The notes under the pieces: model-generated | The model's input: only the letters and a program-made list of their open reading frames with translations | Database searches by the model: none | Told to the model about the DNA's origin: nothing | Origin: Armatimonadota bacterium | GTDB taxonomy: Bacteria > Bacillota > Desulfotomaculia > Desulfotomaculales > Nap2-2B | Direction: 5' to 3' | NCBI GenBank assembly: GCA_023511535.1 | Contig: JAIMBK010000009.1 | Location: 643 to 64,642 of the forward strand | DNA length: 64,000 bases | Position numbers and translations under genes: made by a program | Shown here: positions 10,358 through 18,632 of the stretch, one piece after another | How positions within the stretch are numbered: position 1 is the stretch's first letter | Layout: every line of letters begins with the position of its first letter

Positions 10358-10596
10358 TTCCGGAAAAAATAGTGATCAAAACGAGGGAAACAGGGGGTTG
10401 CCCCCGGGTTTGGATTATGTTAACATATAAAAATGCAGGATGGTTGGTTTTGCCGGAATCAGCCAGGGAAGAGCCGGCGGAGAATAACCGGCAGGATAAC
10501 AGTGAGGAAGAACCGGCGAGGAAGATGCCGGCGTGAGGGCCGGCGAAGCATGGTAGAACGGCAGAGGAGGCGGTTAACGGTGCTTTTCCACACCAA

Positions 10597-10630
10597 GGGC
10601 ACTCCCCTGTGAGTGCTTTTTTGTTTTTTT
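10597..10630 (+). terminator. intrinsic terminator inside the aroF 5' leader
   Basis: GCACTC (10599-10604) / GAGTGC (10611-10616) stem, then TTTTTTGTTTTTTT. It lies 38 nt before the aroF start. Confidence 0.7.
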
Positions 10631-10667
10631 AAACCGTAAAATACTCACCGAAAGGAGCACAGGACTG

Positions 10668-11684
10668 ATGGTGGTTGTAATGGATCATCACGCTGACGAA
10701 AAGCAGATTAACGCCGTGATCCGGCGGCTGGAAAAGGCCGGCTTCCAGATTCATCTTTCCCGGGGGGTAGAAAGGACCATCATCGGCGCCATCGGGGACC
10801 GGACGCGGGCCGGCGACCTTGGTTTGGAAGCCATGGACGGGGTGGAAAAAGTTGTCCCGATCCTTCAACCTTTTAAACTGGCCAGCCGAATATTTAAGCA
10901 GGAAGATTCTGTCGTCAAGGTAGGAAATTTGGCGATTGGCGGCGAAATAATCCACATCATGGCCGGACCCTGCGCGGTGGAAAGCCGCGAGCAGCTGCTG
11001 GAGGTGGCGCACCAGGTAAAAGAAGCGGGGGCGACCATTTTACGCGGGGGGGCATATAAACCGCGCACTTCTCCCTACTCCTTCCAGGGGTTGGAAAAAG
11101 AAGGCCTCGAGCTCCTCGCCGAGGCCCGCGCGGCTACCGGTCTGTACATTGTAACCGAGGTCATGGACACCCGGGCCGTTCCTTTGGTGGCCGAGTATGC
11201 CGACATTTTGCAGATCGGCACGCGCAACATGCAGAATTTCAACCTGCTCAAAGAAGTCGCCGCGGTGAACAAGCCGGTTCTTTTGAAGCGGGGGCTTTCC
11301 GCCACCATCGAGGAGTGGTTGATGGCCGCCGAGTACATCATGGCGGGGGGAAACCACCAGGTAATCCTGTGCGAAAGGGGCATCCGGAGTTTTGAAACCT
11401 ATACGCGCAACACCCTGGACCTCTGCGCCGTTCCGGTGGTGAAACACTTAAGCCACCTGCCGGTGGTGGTCGATCCCAGCCACGCCATCGGGAAATGGCG
11501 CTACGTTCCGGCGATGGCCCGGGCCGCCCTGGCCGCCGGAGCGGACGGGCTGCTCGTAGAAGTTCACCCCAACCCGCAGGAAGCTTTGTGCGACGGTCCC
11601 CAGTCGCTGACCCCGGACAACTTTGCCGCCATGATGGCGGACCTGCGCAAAATGGCCGCCCACCTGGGCAGAAAACTGGAGTGA
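10668..11684 (+). CDS. aroF: 3-deoxy-7-phosphoheptulonate (DAHP) synthase, type I-beta with N-terminal ferredoxin-like/ACT-like regulatory domain
   Basis: N-terminal roughly 70 aa regulatory domain ([40 protein letters not shown]) as in the Thermotoga-type enzyme. Catalytic motifs [28 protein letters not shown]. Confidence 0.9.
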   Translation: MVVVMDHHADEKQINAVIRRLEKAGFQIHLSRGVERTIIGAIGDRTRAGDLGLEAMDGVEKVVPILQPFKLASRIFKQEDSVVKVGNLAIGGEIIHIMAGPCAVESREQLLEVAHQVKEAGATILRGGAYKPRTSPYSFQGLEKEGLELLAEARAATGLYIVTEVMDTRAVPLVAEYADILQIGTRNMQNFNLLKEVAAVNKPVLLKRGLSATIEEWLMAAEYIMAGGNHQVILCERGIRSFETYTRNTLDLCAVPVVKHLSHLPVVVDPSHAIGKWRYVPAMARAALAAGADGLLVEVHPNPQEALCDGPQSLTPDNFAAMMADLRKMAAHLGRKLE

Positions 11685-11815
11685 AGTGCGGTCGAATTGC
11701 ATTTTGCAGCGCTGCCTGGTTCGTCCCGAAAGCAGCGGAACGACGGCGAATCAGCGGCAGGCTAAGCAGCGGCGGACAGGCGAACGCCAGGCGAGAAAGG
11801 GGGGTTAAAGAGACC

Positions 11816-12229
11816 GTGAACCAGGAAGGACAACTGGTCATCTTCCAGCTGAACGATCAGCAGTACGCCTTGCCCATTCACCAGATCCAGGAAATCGTCA
11901 AAATGACCGCCATCACCCGCGTACCAAACACCAGGCCTTACGTGGAAGGAATTATCAATCTCAGGGGAAACATCATCCCGGTGATCAACATGAACAGGCG
12001 CCTGAATTTGCCGGTCAGCGGGTACGACGACGCCACCCGCATCATCGTGGTGGAATTGAAGGGTCAAAAAGTAGGCATCATCGTTGATAACGTAACGGAA
12101 GTGGGGCGCTTCACGGAAAACGAGGTGGAGCCGCCGTCCGTGGTGGGTGACGACGTGGATTATCTAAACGGTGTAGTGAAAAAGGAAAATAATTTGTGGC
12201 TGCTCTTAAACCTGGAAAAAGTTCTGTGA
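11816..12229 (+). CDS. cheW: chemotaxis coupling protein CheW (single-domain)
   Basis: LVIFQLNDQQYALPIHQIQEI, INLRGNIIPVINM, GIIVDNVTEV. GTG 11816 follows AAAGGGGGG. The upstream part of the 11495 ORF overlaps aroF and looks non-coding. Confidence 0.85.
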   Translation: MNQEGQLVIFQLNDQQYALPIHQIQEIVKMTAITRVPNTRPYVEGIINLRGNIIPVINMNRRLNLPVSGYDDATRIIVVELKGQKVGIIVDNVTEVGRFTENEVEPPSVVGDDVDYLNGVVKKENNLWLLLNLEKVL

Positions 12230-12283
12230 ATTAATTAGTTAGTACCTTCGTTATATCCGGCTTAAAATAATGATTTCAACTAT

Positions 12284-12415
12284 CCTGAAAGATCAGGCAC
12301 AAAGTTCCCAGGCACAGAGGCACAAAGTAAAATATTCAATTTCCTGGTCACCTCGTTGTTTCTTTGCGCCTCTGGGCCTTTGGGCCTCTGTACCTTGCTG
12401 CTTTTATCCTGAAAA
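12284..12415 (+). repeat. MITE-like inverted-repeat element, copy A1 (GGCACAAAG family)
   Basis: Begins CCTGAAA and ends CCTGAAAA. The left arm (GATCAGGCACAAAGTTCCCAGGCACAGAGGCACAAAG) is imperfectly complementary to the right arm (CTTTGCGCCTCTGGGCCTTTGGGCCTCTG). About 88% identical to the reverse complement of 30166-30281. Confidence 0.7.
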
Positions 12416-12550
12416 TAACCTTCGCTAATTTTCATCCTCTGCTGGTGCTGTGTTTGCAGCATGGGTGTCTATTTCCGAAAATTGCTTTCTTCCCGGGGCC
12501 TGTTTGAAAATTCAGCGGGCCGGCGGGGTTTTTGTTTTGTTCAGCTTTTC

Positions 12551-12579
12551 TTGTTCTGAACCGGACTGTGGAGTATAAT
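12551..12579 (+). promoter_or_regulatory. sigma-A type promoter upstream of miaB
   Basis: TTGTTC (12551-12556), 17-nt spacer, TATAAT (12574-12579). Confidence 0.55.
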
Positions 12580-12646
12580 AAAAGGGACGGCGAGAAAAAG
12601 GCAAAGGCGAAGGCAAAAAGCGTGCCGCCGGCCGCGAAGAGGTGAC

Positions 12647-14059
12647 ATGGTGAAGGATCACCGGGAGCAGGTGCAGGAACACGAACGGGTACAAAGGCAA
12701 GAACAGGAAAAGGAACAGGAACGGGAACGGGAACGGCAGCCGGGACAGAAATATCTCGTTTTGACCTACGGCTGCCAGATGAACGAACACGATTCCGAAG
12801 TAATGGCCGGGATTCTGGAAGAAATGGGCTACCGGCCGGCAAAGCGCAGGGAAGAGGCGGACGTTATCCTGGTCAATACCTGCTGCGTGCGGGAGACGGC
12901 CGAAAACAAAATTTACGGATTGCTCGGGGAGTTCCGCCGGCTGAAAATGAACCGGCCCGGCCTGCTGATCGGCGTAGGCGGCTGCCTGACCCAGCAGGAA
13001 GCGGCGGCCAAAAAAATCCGGGACCGCTTCCCTTACGTCGACCTGATTTTCGGCACGCATAATCTTCCCCGCCTGAGAGAATTGATCGAACAGGCAAAAG
13101 AGAGCCGCCGGACGGTGGTGGAACTGCTGGACCGCTCCGAACCGGCGCCGGAGGGCCTGCCCATCCGGCGGGCCAGCGGCGTTAAAGCCTGGGTAGTGAT
13201 CACCTTCGGCTGCAACAATTTTTGCACCTACTGCATAGTTCCGTACGTCCGCGGCCGGGAGTGCAGCCGGCCACCGGAGAACATCCTGGCCGAGATCAGG
13301 GACCTGGCGGCGCAGGGGTATAAAGAAGTGACGCTGCTCGGTCAAAACGTTAATTCTTACGGCCGGGATCTCCCGGGGAACGTGGATTTTGCCGGACTTT
13401 TAACGGAAGTCAACCAGATTAAAGGGATCGAACGCATCCGGTATACCACTTCCCACCCCCGGGACTTTTCCCCCCGCCTGATCGAAGCGATTGCCCGGGG
13501 CGAAAAGATTTGCGAGCACGTCCACCTGCCCGTGCAGGCGGGAAGCAACCGCGTTTTGCGCATGATGAACAGGGGTTACACCCGCGAAGACTACCTGGCG
13601 CTGGTGGAAAAAATCCGGGAGGCCATTCCGGGAGCAGCGCTTACCACCGACATCATGGTCGGCTTTCCCGGCGAAACGGACGAAGATTTTGCGCAAACCC
13701 TCGATCTGGTGGAAAGGGTCCGCTTTGACAGCGCCTTTATGTTTATTTACAACATCCGCCCGGGTACGCCGGCCGCGCGCCTGCCCAACCAGGTGAAAGA
13801 CGAAGTAAAAAGAGCCAGGATTAAAACGCTGATCGAAAAGCAAAATCAAATCACCAAAGAGATCAATATAAATGAAGAAGGGAAAATTTACCGCCTCCTG
13901 GTGGACGGCGAAAGCAAGACCAACCCCCGGATGTTAAGCGGGCGAACCCGCACGAACAAGCTGGTCATTTTCCCCGGCCCGCCGGAATTGGTGGGAAAGT
14001 TCGTTGATGTAAGGATCACCAGGGGGAAGCTGACTCATTTAGAAGGGATTAGTGAATAG
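12647..14059 (+). CDS. miaB: tRNA-2-methylthio-N6-dimethylallyladenosine synthase
   Basis: UPF0004 N-domain [12 protein letters not shown], radical SAM cluster [14 protein letters not shown]-terminal TRAM domain. The N-terminal roughly 33 aa are low-complexity ([12 protein letters not shown]). Confidence 0.9.
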   Translation: MVKDHREQVQEHERVQRQEQEKEQERERERQPGQKYLVLTYGCQMNEHDSEVMAGILEEMGYRPAKRREEADVILVNTCCVRETAENKIYGLLGEFRRLKMNRPGLLIGVGGCLTQQEAAAKKIRDRFPYVDLIFGTHNLPRLRELIEQAKESRRTVVELLDRSEPAPEGLPIRRASGVKAWVVITFGCNNFCTYCIVPYVRGRECSRPPENILAEIRDLAAQGYKEVTLLGQNVNSYGRDLPGNVDFAGLLTEVNQIKGIERIRYTTSHPRDFSPRLIEAIARGEKICEHVHLPVQAGSNRVLRMMNRGYTREDYLALVEKIREAIPGAALTTDIMVGFPGETDEDFAQTLDLVERVRFDSAFMFIYNIRPGTPAARLPNQVKDEVKRARIKTLIEKQNQITKEININEEGKIYRLLVDGESKTNPRMLSGRTRTNKLVIFPGPPELVGKFVDVRITRGKLTHLEGISE

Positions 14060-14077
14060 GGAGTAGTGAATAGGGAT
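14050..14077 (+). repeat. tandem 14-nt duplication (two heptamer pairs) spanning the miaB stop codon
   Basis: TAGTGAATAGGGAG (14050-14063) then TAGTGAATAGGGAT (14064-14077). The miaB TAG is at 14057-14059. Confidence 0.8.
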
Positions 14078-14205
14078 TATCTGTTTTTCAATGAAATTTC
14101 TAGAAATATTTTATTTCCGGCAGGATTTCCGGAGTTATTGGAGAATTCCATTTTTCAAAAGATTATTACGAGTTGGCTGATTGGCAACCGGGCAAACTTT
14201 TTGGG

Positions 14206-15924
14206 GTGAAAACCTTTACGGGGGTGAAGACTTTGTATATCGGGGTGGATGTAGGGGGTACTTACACGGACGCGGTTCTCCTGGAGAAGGGGCGCGTGCG
14301 CGCAACGGCGAAGGTTCCAACGCGGACGGACCTGCTTTCTTCTCTTTTAGAAGCGTTCGACAAAATCATTATGCAGGGATTTCCCACGGAGCTGATCAAA
14401 AAGGTTGTCTTCAGCACAACCATGATTACCAATCTCATTGCCGAGAAGAAGTACGACCGCGTCGGCCTTCTGGTTATGCCCGGCCCCGGCTTATGCTCCT
14501 CTGCGTATAACTTCCCGGCGGATACCCGGATCGTTTCCGGGGCGATCGATTACCGCGGAAGGGAAATTGTTCCGGTGGATTTAGCCGGGGTGGATCAGGC
14601 CCTGACCGGTTTCGCCGCGAAAAATTTACGCAAAATAGCGATCGTCGGGAAGTTTTCCTCCCGGAACAACGCCCACGAGGTGCAAGTCGAAAAACACGTT
14701 CAAAAAAAATTTCCTGACTGGCATTGTGAAGTTGGCCACAAGGTGGCCGGTCAGTTGAACTTTCCCCGGCGGGTGATCTCGACCTACCTGGCCGCCGCAA
14801 CCAGGGAAAAATACCAGAACTTTATCCGTTCGGTGCAGGAAGCCCTGGCGAAACGCCAGATCACAGCTCCGGTCTTCATTTTGAAGGCCGACGGCGGTAC
14901 GCTCCCCCTTTCCTATTCTTCGGAAACGGCCATCGAAACCATTTTCAGCGGGCCGGCGGCCAGCACCCTGGGGGTCCAGGCCTTAACGCCCGCCGGCGAA
15001 ACTTCGGTGGTGGTGGACATCGGCGGAACGACCACGGACCTGGCTTTGATTTTAAGCGGAGTACCCCTGCTGTCCTCGAAAGGGGCGCGGGTAAACGGTT
15101 ACCTTACGCACGTCCGCACCCTGGCGGTAAAATCGGTCCCCATCGGCGGGGACAGCGCCGTGGACCGGGTGGGCAGGGATATTATCGTTTATTCGGAGCG
15201 GGTGGGTCAGCCCTACTGCCTGGGCGGCCCCGTCCCGACGCCCACCGATGCGCTGCGGGTGCTCGGCCTGGTGATGCTGGGTGACGGGGAACGGGCCGGG
15301 GAGGCGATGCGGATGCTGGGGGAACCGCTGGGAATCAGCAACGAAGAAGTGGCCGGGCGCATCATTTCCTTTGTTTGCGACACCATCGCCCGGGAAATCC
15401 GGTTAATGTTTGCGCAGTGGGAGCAGGAACCCGCCTACCGGGTGTGGGAAGTTCTTCAGAAAAAAAAGGTCCGGCCAAACACGGTGGTCGGCGTGGGCGG
15501 CGGAGCCGCCGGCTTGATCACGCAAATCGCCGCCCGGCTGGGCGCCTCCCCGATTATTCCGCCCTACGCGCCCGTCGCCAACGCCATCGGGGCTGCGGTG
15601 GCCCGGCCCACCCTGCAGGCGAGTTTAAGGGCGGATACCGAACAGGGCACCTACACGATTTTGGAGGAAGGCTATCAGGATCAGCTGCCCGCAGAGCATT
15701 TTGACGAGGGCAAGGCCGTCGAACTGGCCAAAAACTGGCTTTTCAAACGCATTACCAGGTACGGCCTGGAAAAAGACCTGAAGGAAGTCGAGGTAACCAG
15801 GCGGGAAGTTTTCAACGTGGTGAGGGACTGGGTGACGGTGGGACGGCTGTACGATGTAGTGGTGCAGTCCCAGCGGGGAATCACCTACCACGTCGGGATC
15901 GAGGTGAACGAGGATGACGCTTAA
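14206..15924 (+). CDS. hydantoinase/oxoprolinase-family (ASKHA-fold) protein, HyuA-like, no HyuB partner
   Basis: IGVDVGGTYTDAVLL phosphate-1 motif and DIGGTTTDLALI second ASKHA motif. Start is uncertain (TTG 14173, GTG 14206 or 14224). Confidence 0.8.
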   Translation: MKTFTGVKTLYIGVDVGGTYTDAVLLEKGRVRATAKVPTRTDLLSSLLEAFDKIIMQGFPTELIKKVVFSTTMITNLIAEKKYDRVGLLVMPGPGLCSSAYNFPADTRIVSGAIDYRGREIVPVDLAGVDQALTGFAAKNLRKIAIVGKFSSRNNAHEVQVEKHVQKKFPDWHCEVGHKVAGQLNFPRRVISTYLAAATREKYQNFIRSVQEALAKRQITAPVFILKADGGTLPLSYSSETAIETIFSGPAASTLGVQALTPAGETSVVVDIGGTTTDLALILSGVPLLSSKGARVNGYLTHVRTLAVKSVPIGGDSAVDRVGRDIIVYSERVGQPYCLGGPVPTPTDALRVLGLVMLGDGERAGEAMRMLGEPLGISNEEVAGRIISFVCDTIAREIRLMFAQWEQEPAYRVWEVLQKKKVRPNTVVGVGGGAAGLITQIAARLGASPIIPPYAPVANAIGAAVARPTLQASLRADTEQGTYTILEEGYQDQLPAEHFDEGKAVELAKNWLFKRITRYGLEKDLKEVEVTRREVFNVVRDWVTVGRLYDVVVQSQRGITYHVGIEVNEDDA

Positions 15925-17284
15925 AAAAACCGGCATCGTCTTTTTTCCGGCTTTCGACTGGGCTATTTCGCCCACGCACCCGGAAAGGGAGGAAAGGCTG
16001 CTGTACACCAGGGACCAGATCTTCGAGGAAGGTGTTTTCGATCTGCCGCAAATCCTGGAATATCCTCCCCGCCTGGCCACCCTGCACGATATCAGCCGCG
16101 TCCACTTTTGCGTTCCCCGGGTGCAGAGCAGGATTACGGAAGCCCATTTAATCGCCGCGGGAGCAACCATGCTGCTGGGCGACCGCATCATCGCCGGGGA
16201 AATCAAAAACGGCTTTGCCCTGGTGCGCCCGCCGGGCCACCACGCCATGCGCGTGGTGCACGGCAACCGGGGCTTCTGCAACATCAACAACGAAGCCATT
16301 CTGGTAGATTACCTGCGCCGCCGCTACGGGATCAAAAGGGTGGCCATCGTTGATTCGGACGTTCACCACGGGGACGGCACGCAGGATATTTTTTACCACG
16401 ACCCGGACGTGCTGTTTATTTCCTTCCACCAGGATGGCCGGACGATTTACCCGGGGTCGGGTTTCCCCAACGAACTGGGCGGTCCCCGGGCCTTTGCCCA
16501 CACGTTGAATATTCCGCTTCCCCCCGGCATGACGGACGAAACCTTTCATTACGTGGTCGACAACCTGGTCCTGCCCGTTCTGAAGGATTTCCAGCCGGAT
16601 TTTATCATCAACTCGGCGGGGCAGGACAACCACTACACCGACCCGCTGGGCAGTATGCGCTTTACCGCGCAGGGGTACGCGGAGTTTACCAGGAAGCTCA
16701 ACCCTCACCTGGCGGTGCTGGAAGGGGGTTACGCCATTGAAACGGCCCTGCCGTACGTAAATCTGGGCATTTTGCTGGCCCTGGCCGGCGTAGACTTCTC
16801 CAATGTGCGCGAACCGGATTACTGGCCCGGCCGGCTTTCCGAGAACGCAGAGCGGGCGGCCAAAGTCCGCCAGATGGTTGACCAGCTAAGGGAAATCTGG
16901 GACGGCAGGGATCAGGTGGATGTAGAAAAATTGTTTGGCACCGGCCGTTTTTACCAGCGCAAAAAGCGGATTTATTACGATACCGATTACATTGACGAGG
17001 AGCAGCTTGAAAAATTAAGGTTATGTCCTTCCTGTCCGGGGTTTTTGATTATCGACTCGCGGGCCGACCATGGGTTTGGCCACCCCACGCGGGCCTGCTG
17101 CGTTTCTGTTCCCTTCAACGCCTGTGCAGCGTGCCACCAGGAGGCTTACGACGCGTACGAGGAAGGGAAACAAACCCCGGGTTTCCAGTACGTTTACCTG
17201 CAGGATAAGGCCACCGATGTCTACTACGCCTTTGACCGCGAAAAGGGGCAGGAGTGGGTATCGGAAGGACCGAAAAATGAATAA
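15914..17284 (+). CDS. histone deacetylase/acetoin-utilization (arginase-deacetylase fold) family protein with Cys-rich C-terminal extension
   Basis: RPPGHHA, DSDVHHGDGTQDIFY, EGGY catalytic/zinc motifs. The ATG overlaps the upstream stop by 11 nt. The C-terminal roughly 110 aa contain CPSCP ... CC ... CAAC. Confidence 0.85.
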   Translation: MTLKKTGIVFFPAFDWAISPTHPEREERLLYTRDQIFEEGVFDLPQILEYPPRLATLHDISRVHFCVPRVQSRITEAHLIAAGATMLLGDRIIAGEIKNGFALVRPPGHHAMRVVHGNRGFCNINNEAILVDYLRRRYGIKRVAIVDSDVHHGDGTQDIFYHDPDVLFISFHQDGRTIYPGSGFPNELGGPRAFAHTLNIPLPPGMTDETFHYVVDNLVLPVLKDFQPDFIINSAGQDNHYTDPLGSMRFTAQGYAEFTRKLNPHLAVLEGGYAIETALPYVNLGILLALAGVDFSNVREPDYWPGRLSENAERAAKVRQMVDQLREIWDGRDQVDVEKLFGTGRFYQRKKRIYYDTDYIDEEQLEKLRLCPSCPGFLIIDSRADHGFGHPTRACCVSVPFNACAACHQEAYDAYEEGKQTPGFQYVYLQDKATDVYYAFDREKGQEWVSEGPKNE

Positions 17285-17314
17285 ATCAGGTGAAATGTGG
17301 GAAATAATGGCTGT

Positions 17315-18268
17315 ATGAGCGGGTTGCTGCCGCTGCTGGTGATTGTGGGCCCTACGGCGACCGGGAAAACGGCCGTGGCCGTGGAAGTGGCGAAACGGTT
17401 GAACGGGGAAATCGTTTCGGCCGATTCCATGCTGATTTACCGCCAGATGGATATCGGGACGGCCAAGCCGGATGCCAAAGAACGGCAGGGCATTTCCCAC
17501 TACATGATTGACATTATTGATCCCGACGAACCGTATAGCGTCGCTCTCTACCAGGAGCAGGCCGAAAAGCACATCCGGGAAATAGCCGGCCGCGGCAGGC
17601 TTCCCATGCTGGTGGGCGGCACCGGGTTATACGTCCGTTCCGTCATCGACCGTTATAATTTTCCGCGTCCGGGGTTCGATGCGGAGCTGCGCCGGAAGTT
17701 GCAGGAGGAGGCAGCAGCATCCGGCCGGGAGGCGGTTTACCGCCGGCTGGAGGAAGTGGACCCCGAAACCGCCCGGAAAATCCACCCGCACAATTTAAAA
17801 AGGGTGATCCGGGCCCTCGAAGTTTATTATCTCACCGGCGTACCCGTTTCCCGGCGGCAGGAGCAAAAGGCGGGTCCGAAATACAACCTGGCCATGTTCG
17901 GCCTGATCATGGAAAGGGCGCTTCTCTACCGCCGGATTGAAGAACGGGTGGACAAAATGCTGGCCGCGGGGCTGGTGGAAGAGGTCCGGCGGCTGTTGAA
18001 CAGCGGCTACGGGCCGGAACTGGTTTCCATGCAGGGACTGGGTTACAAGGAGGTGGCCCAATATTTAACCGGTCAAGCCACCCTGGAGGAAGCGATTTAC
18101 CTGCTCAAGCGGAACACGCGCCGCTTTGCCAGGCGCCAGCTGACCTGGTTCGGCCGCGATCCACGCGTTAAATGGATCGACGTCACGCAGCTTTCCGATC
18201 CCAAAGATGTTGCCGGGGAAATTGTTCGATCGGCAGCAGGAGTATTTGAAGATACGTCGAAGACTTGA
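17315..18268 (+). CDS. miaA: tRNA dimethylallyltransferase
   Basis: P-loop VGPTATGKT, DSMLIYRQMDIGTAKP, RQLTWF. The maximal ORF starts at GTG 17297. Confidence 0.92.
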   Translation: MSGLLPLLVIVGPTATGKTAVAVEVAKRLNGEIVSADSMLIYRQMDIGTAKPDAKERQGISHYMIDIIDPDEPYSVALYQEQAEKHIREIAGRGRLPMLVGGTGLYVRSVIDRYNFPRPGFDAELRRKLQEEAAASGREAVYRRLEEVDPETARKIHPHNLKRVIRALEVYYLTGVPVSRRQEQKAGPKYNLAMFGLIMERALLYRRIEERVDKMLAAGLVEEVRRLLNSGYGPELVSMQGLGYKEVAQYLTGQATLEEAIYLLKRNTRRFARRQLTWFGRDPRVKWIDVTQLSDPKDVAGEIVRSAAGVFEDTSKT

Positions 18269-18302
18269 GTAAAGAAAAAAATTCCAACGGAGGGGCCATT
18301 GC

Positions 18303-18539
18303 ATGACCAAAACCCAGTTAAATCTCCAGGACGCTTTTTTAAACCAGGTGCGCAAGGAAAATTTGCCGGTCACAATCTTTTTGGTTAACGGGTTTCAACT
18401 GAAGGGAATAATCAGGGGCTTCGATAATTTCACGGTCATCCTGGAAAGCGACGGCAAACAGATGATGGTCTACAAGCATGCCATTTCCACGATCAGCCCG
18501 GTTAAACCTGTTAATCTGGCGGAAAACAAACCGGCGTAA
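18303..18539 (+). CDS. hfq: RNA chaperone Hfq
   Basis: Sm1/Sm2 motifs [28 protein letters not shown] ... [10 protein letters not shown]. Confidence 0.95.
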   Translation: MTKTQLNLQDAFLNQVRKENLPVTIFLVNGFQLKGIIRGFDNFTVILESDGKQMMVYKHAISTISPVKPVNLAENKPA

Positions 18540-18559
18540 GGCGGGCAAGTTCCCGGCGG

Positions 18560-18590
18560 CCTCTCCATCGTCGAGAGGTCTCTTTATTTC
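18560..18590 (+). terminator. intrinsic terminator after hfq
   Basis: CCTCTC (18560-18565) / GAGAGG (18573-18578), then a T-rich TCTCTTTATTTCATTT tract. Confidence 0.55.
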
Positions 18591-18632
18591 ATTTCCAGGT
18601 CTGGCAGGTGTTCCTGGGGCGTATAGTTTAAA

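Noticed and set aside
10000-10536. 178-aa ORF extending from inside trpA into the aroF leader, including a possible 39-aa peptide starting at ATG 10418
   Set aside because: The first two thirds are out of frame with trpA. The distal part lacks an RBS and has an Arg/Glu-rich low-complexity translation caused by the purine-rich repeat. It has no aromatic-codon run expected of a leader peptide.
10440-10630. T-box riboswitch upstream of aroF
   Set aside because: No T-box consensus (AGGGTGGTACCGCG-like) precedes the terminator. I could not identify a recognisable specifier-loop, AG-bulge or distal-loop motif by eye. It is kept only as an unclassified leader.
11495-11815. Long N-terminal extension of the cheW ORF overlapping the aroF 3' end
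   Set aside because: The extension is Arg/Pro/Gly-rich and overlaps aroF by 190 nt. The CheW domain begins right after GTG 11816, which has a good RBS.
11816-12229. Orphan cheW between aromatic biosynthesis and tRNA-modification genes as a possible novel association
   Set aside because: Single-domain CheW paralogues are commonly scattered in motile Firmicutes. Nothing in the sequence links it functionally to its neighbours.
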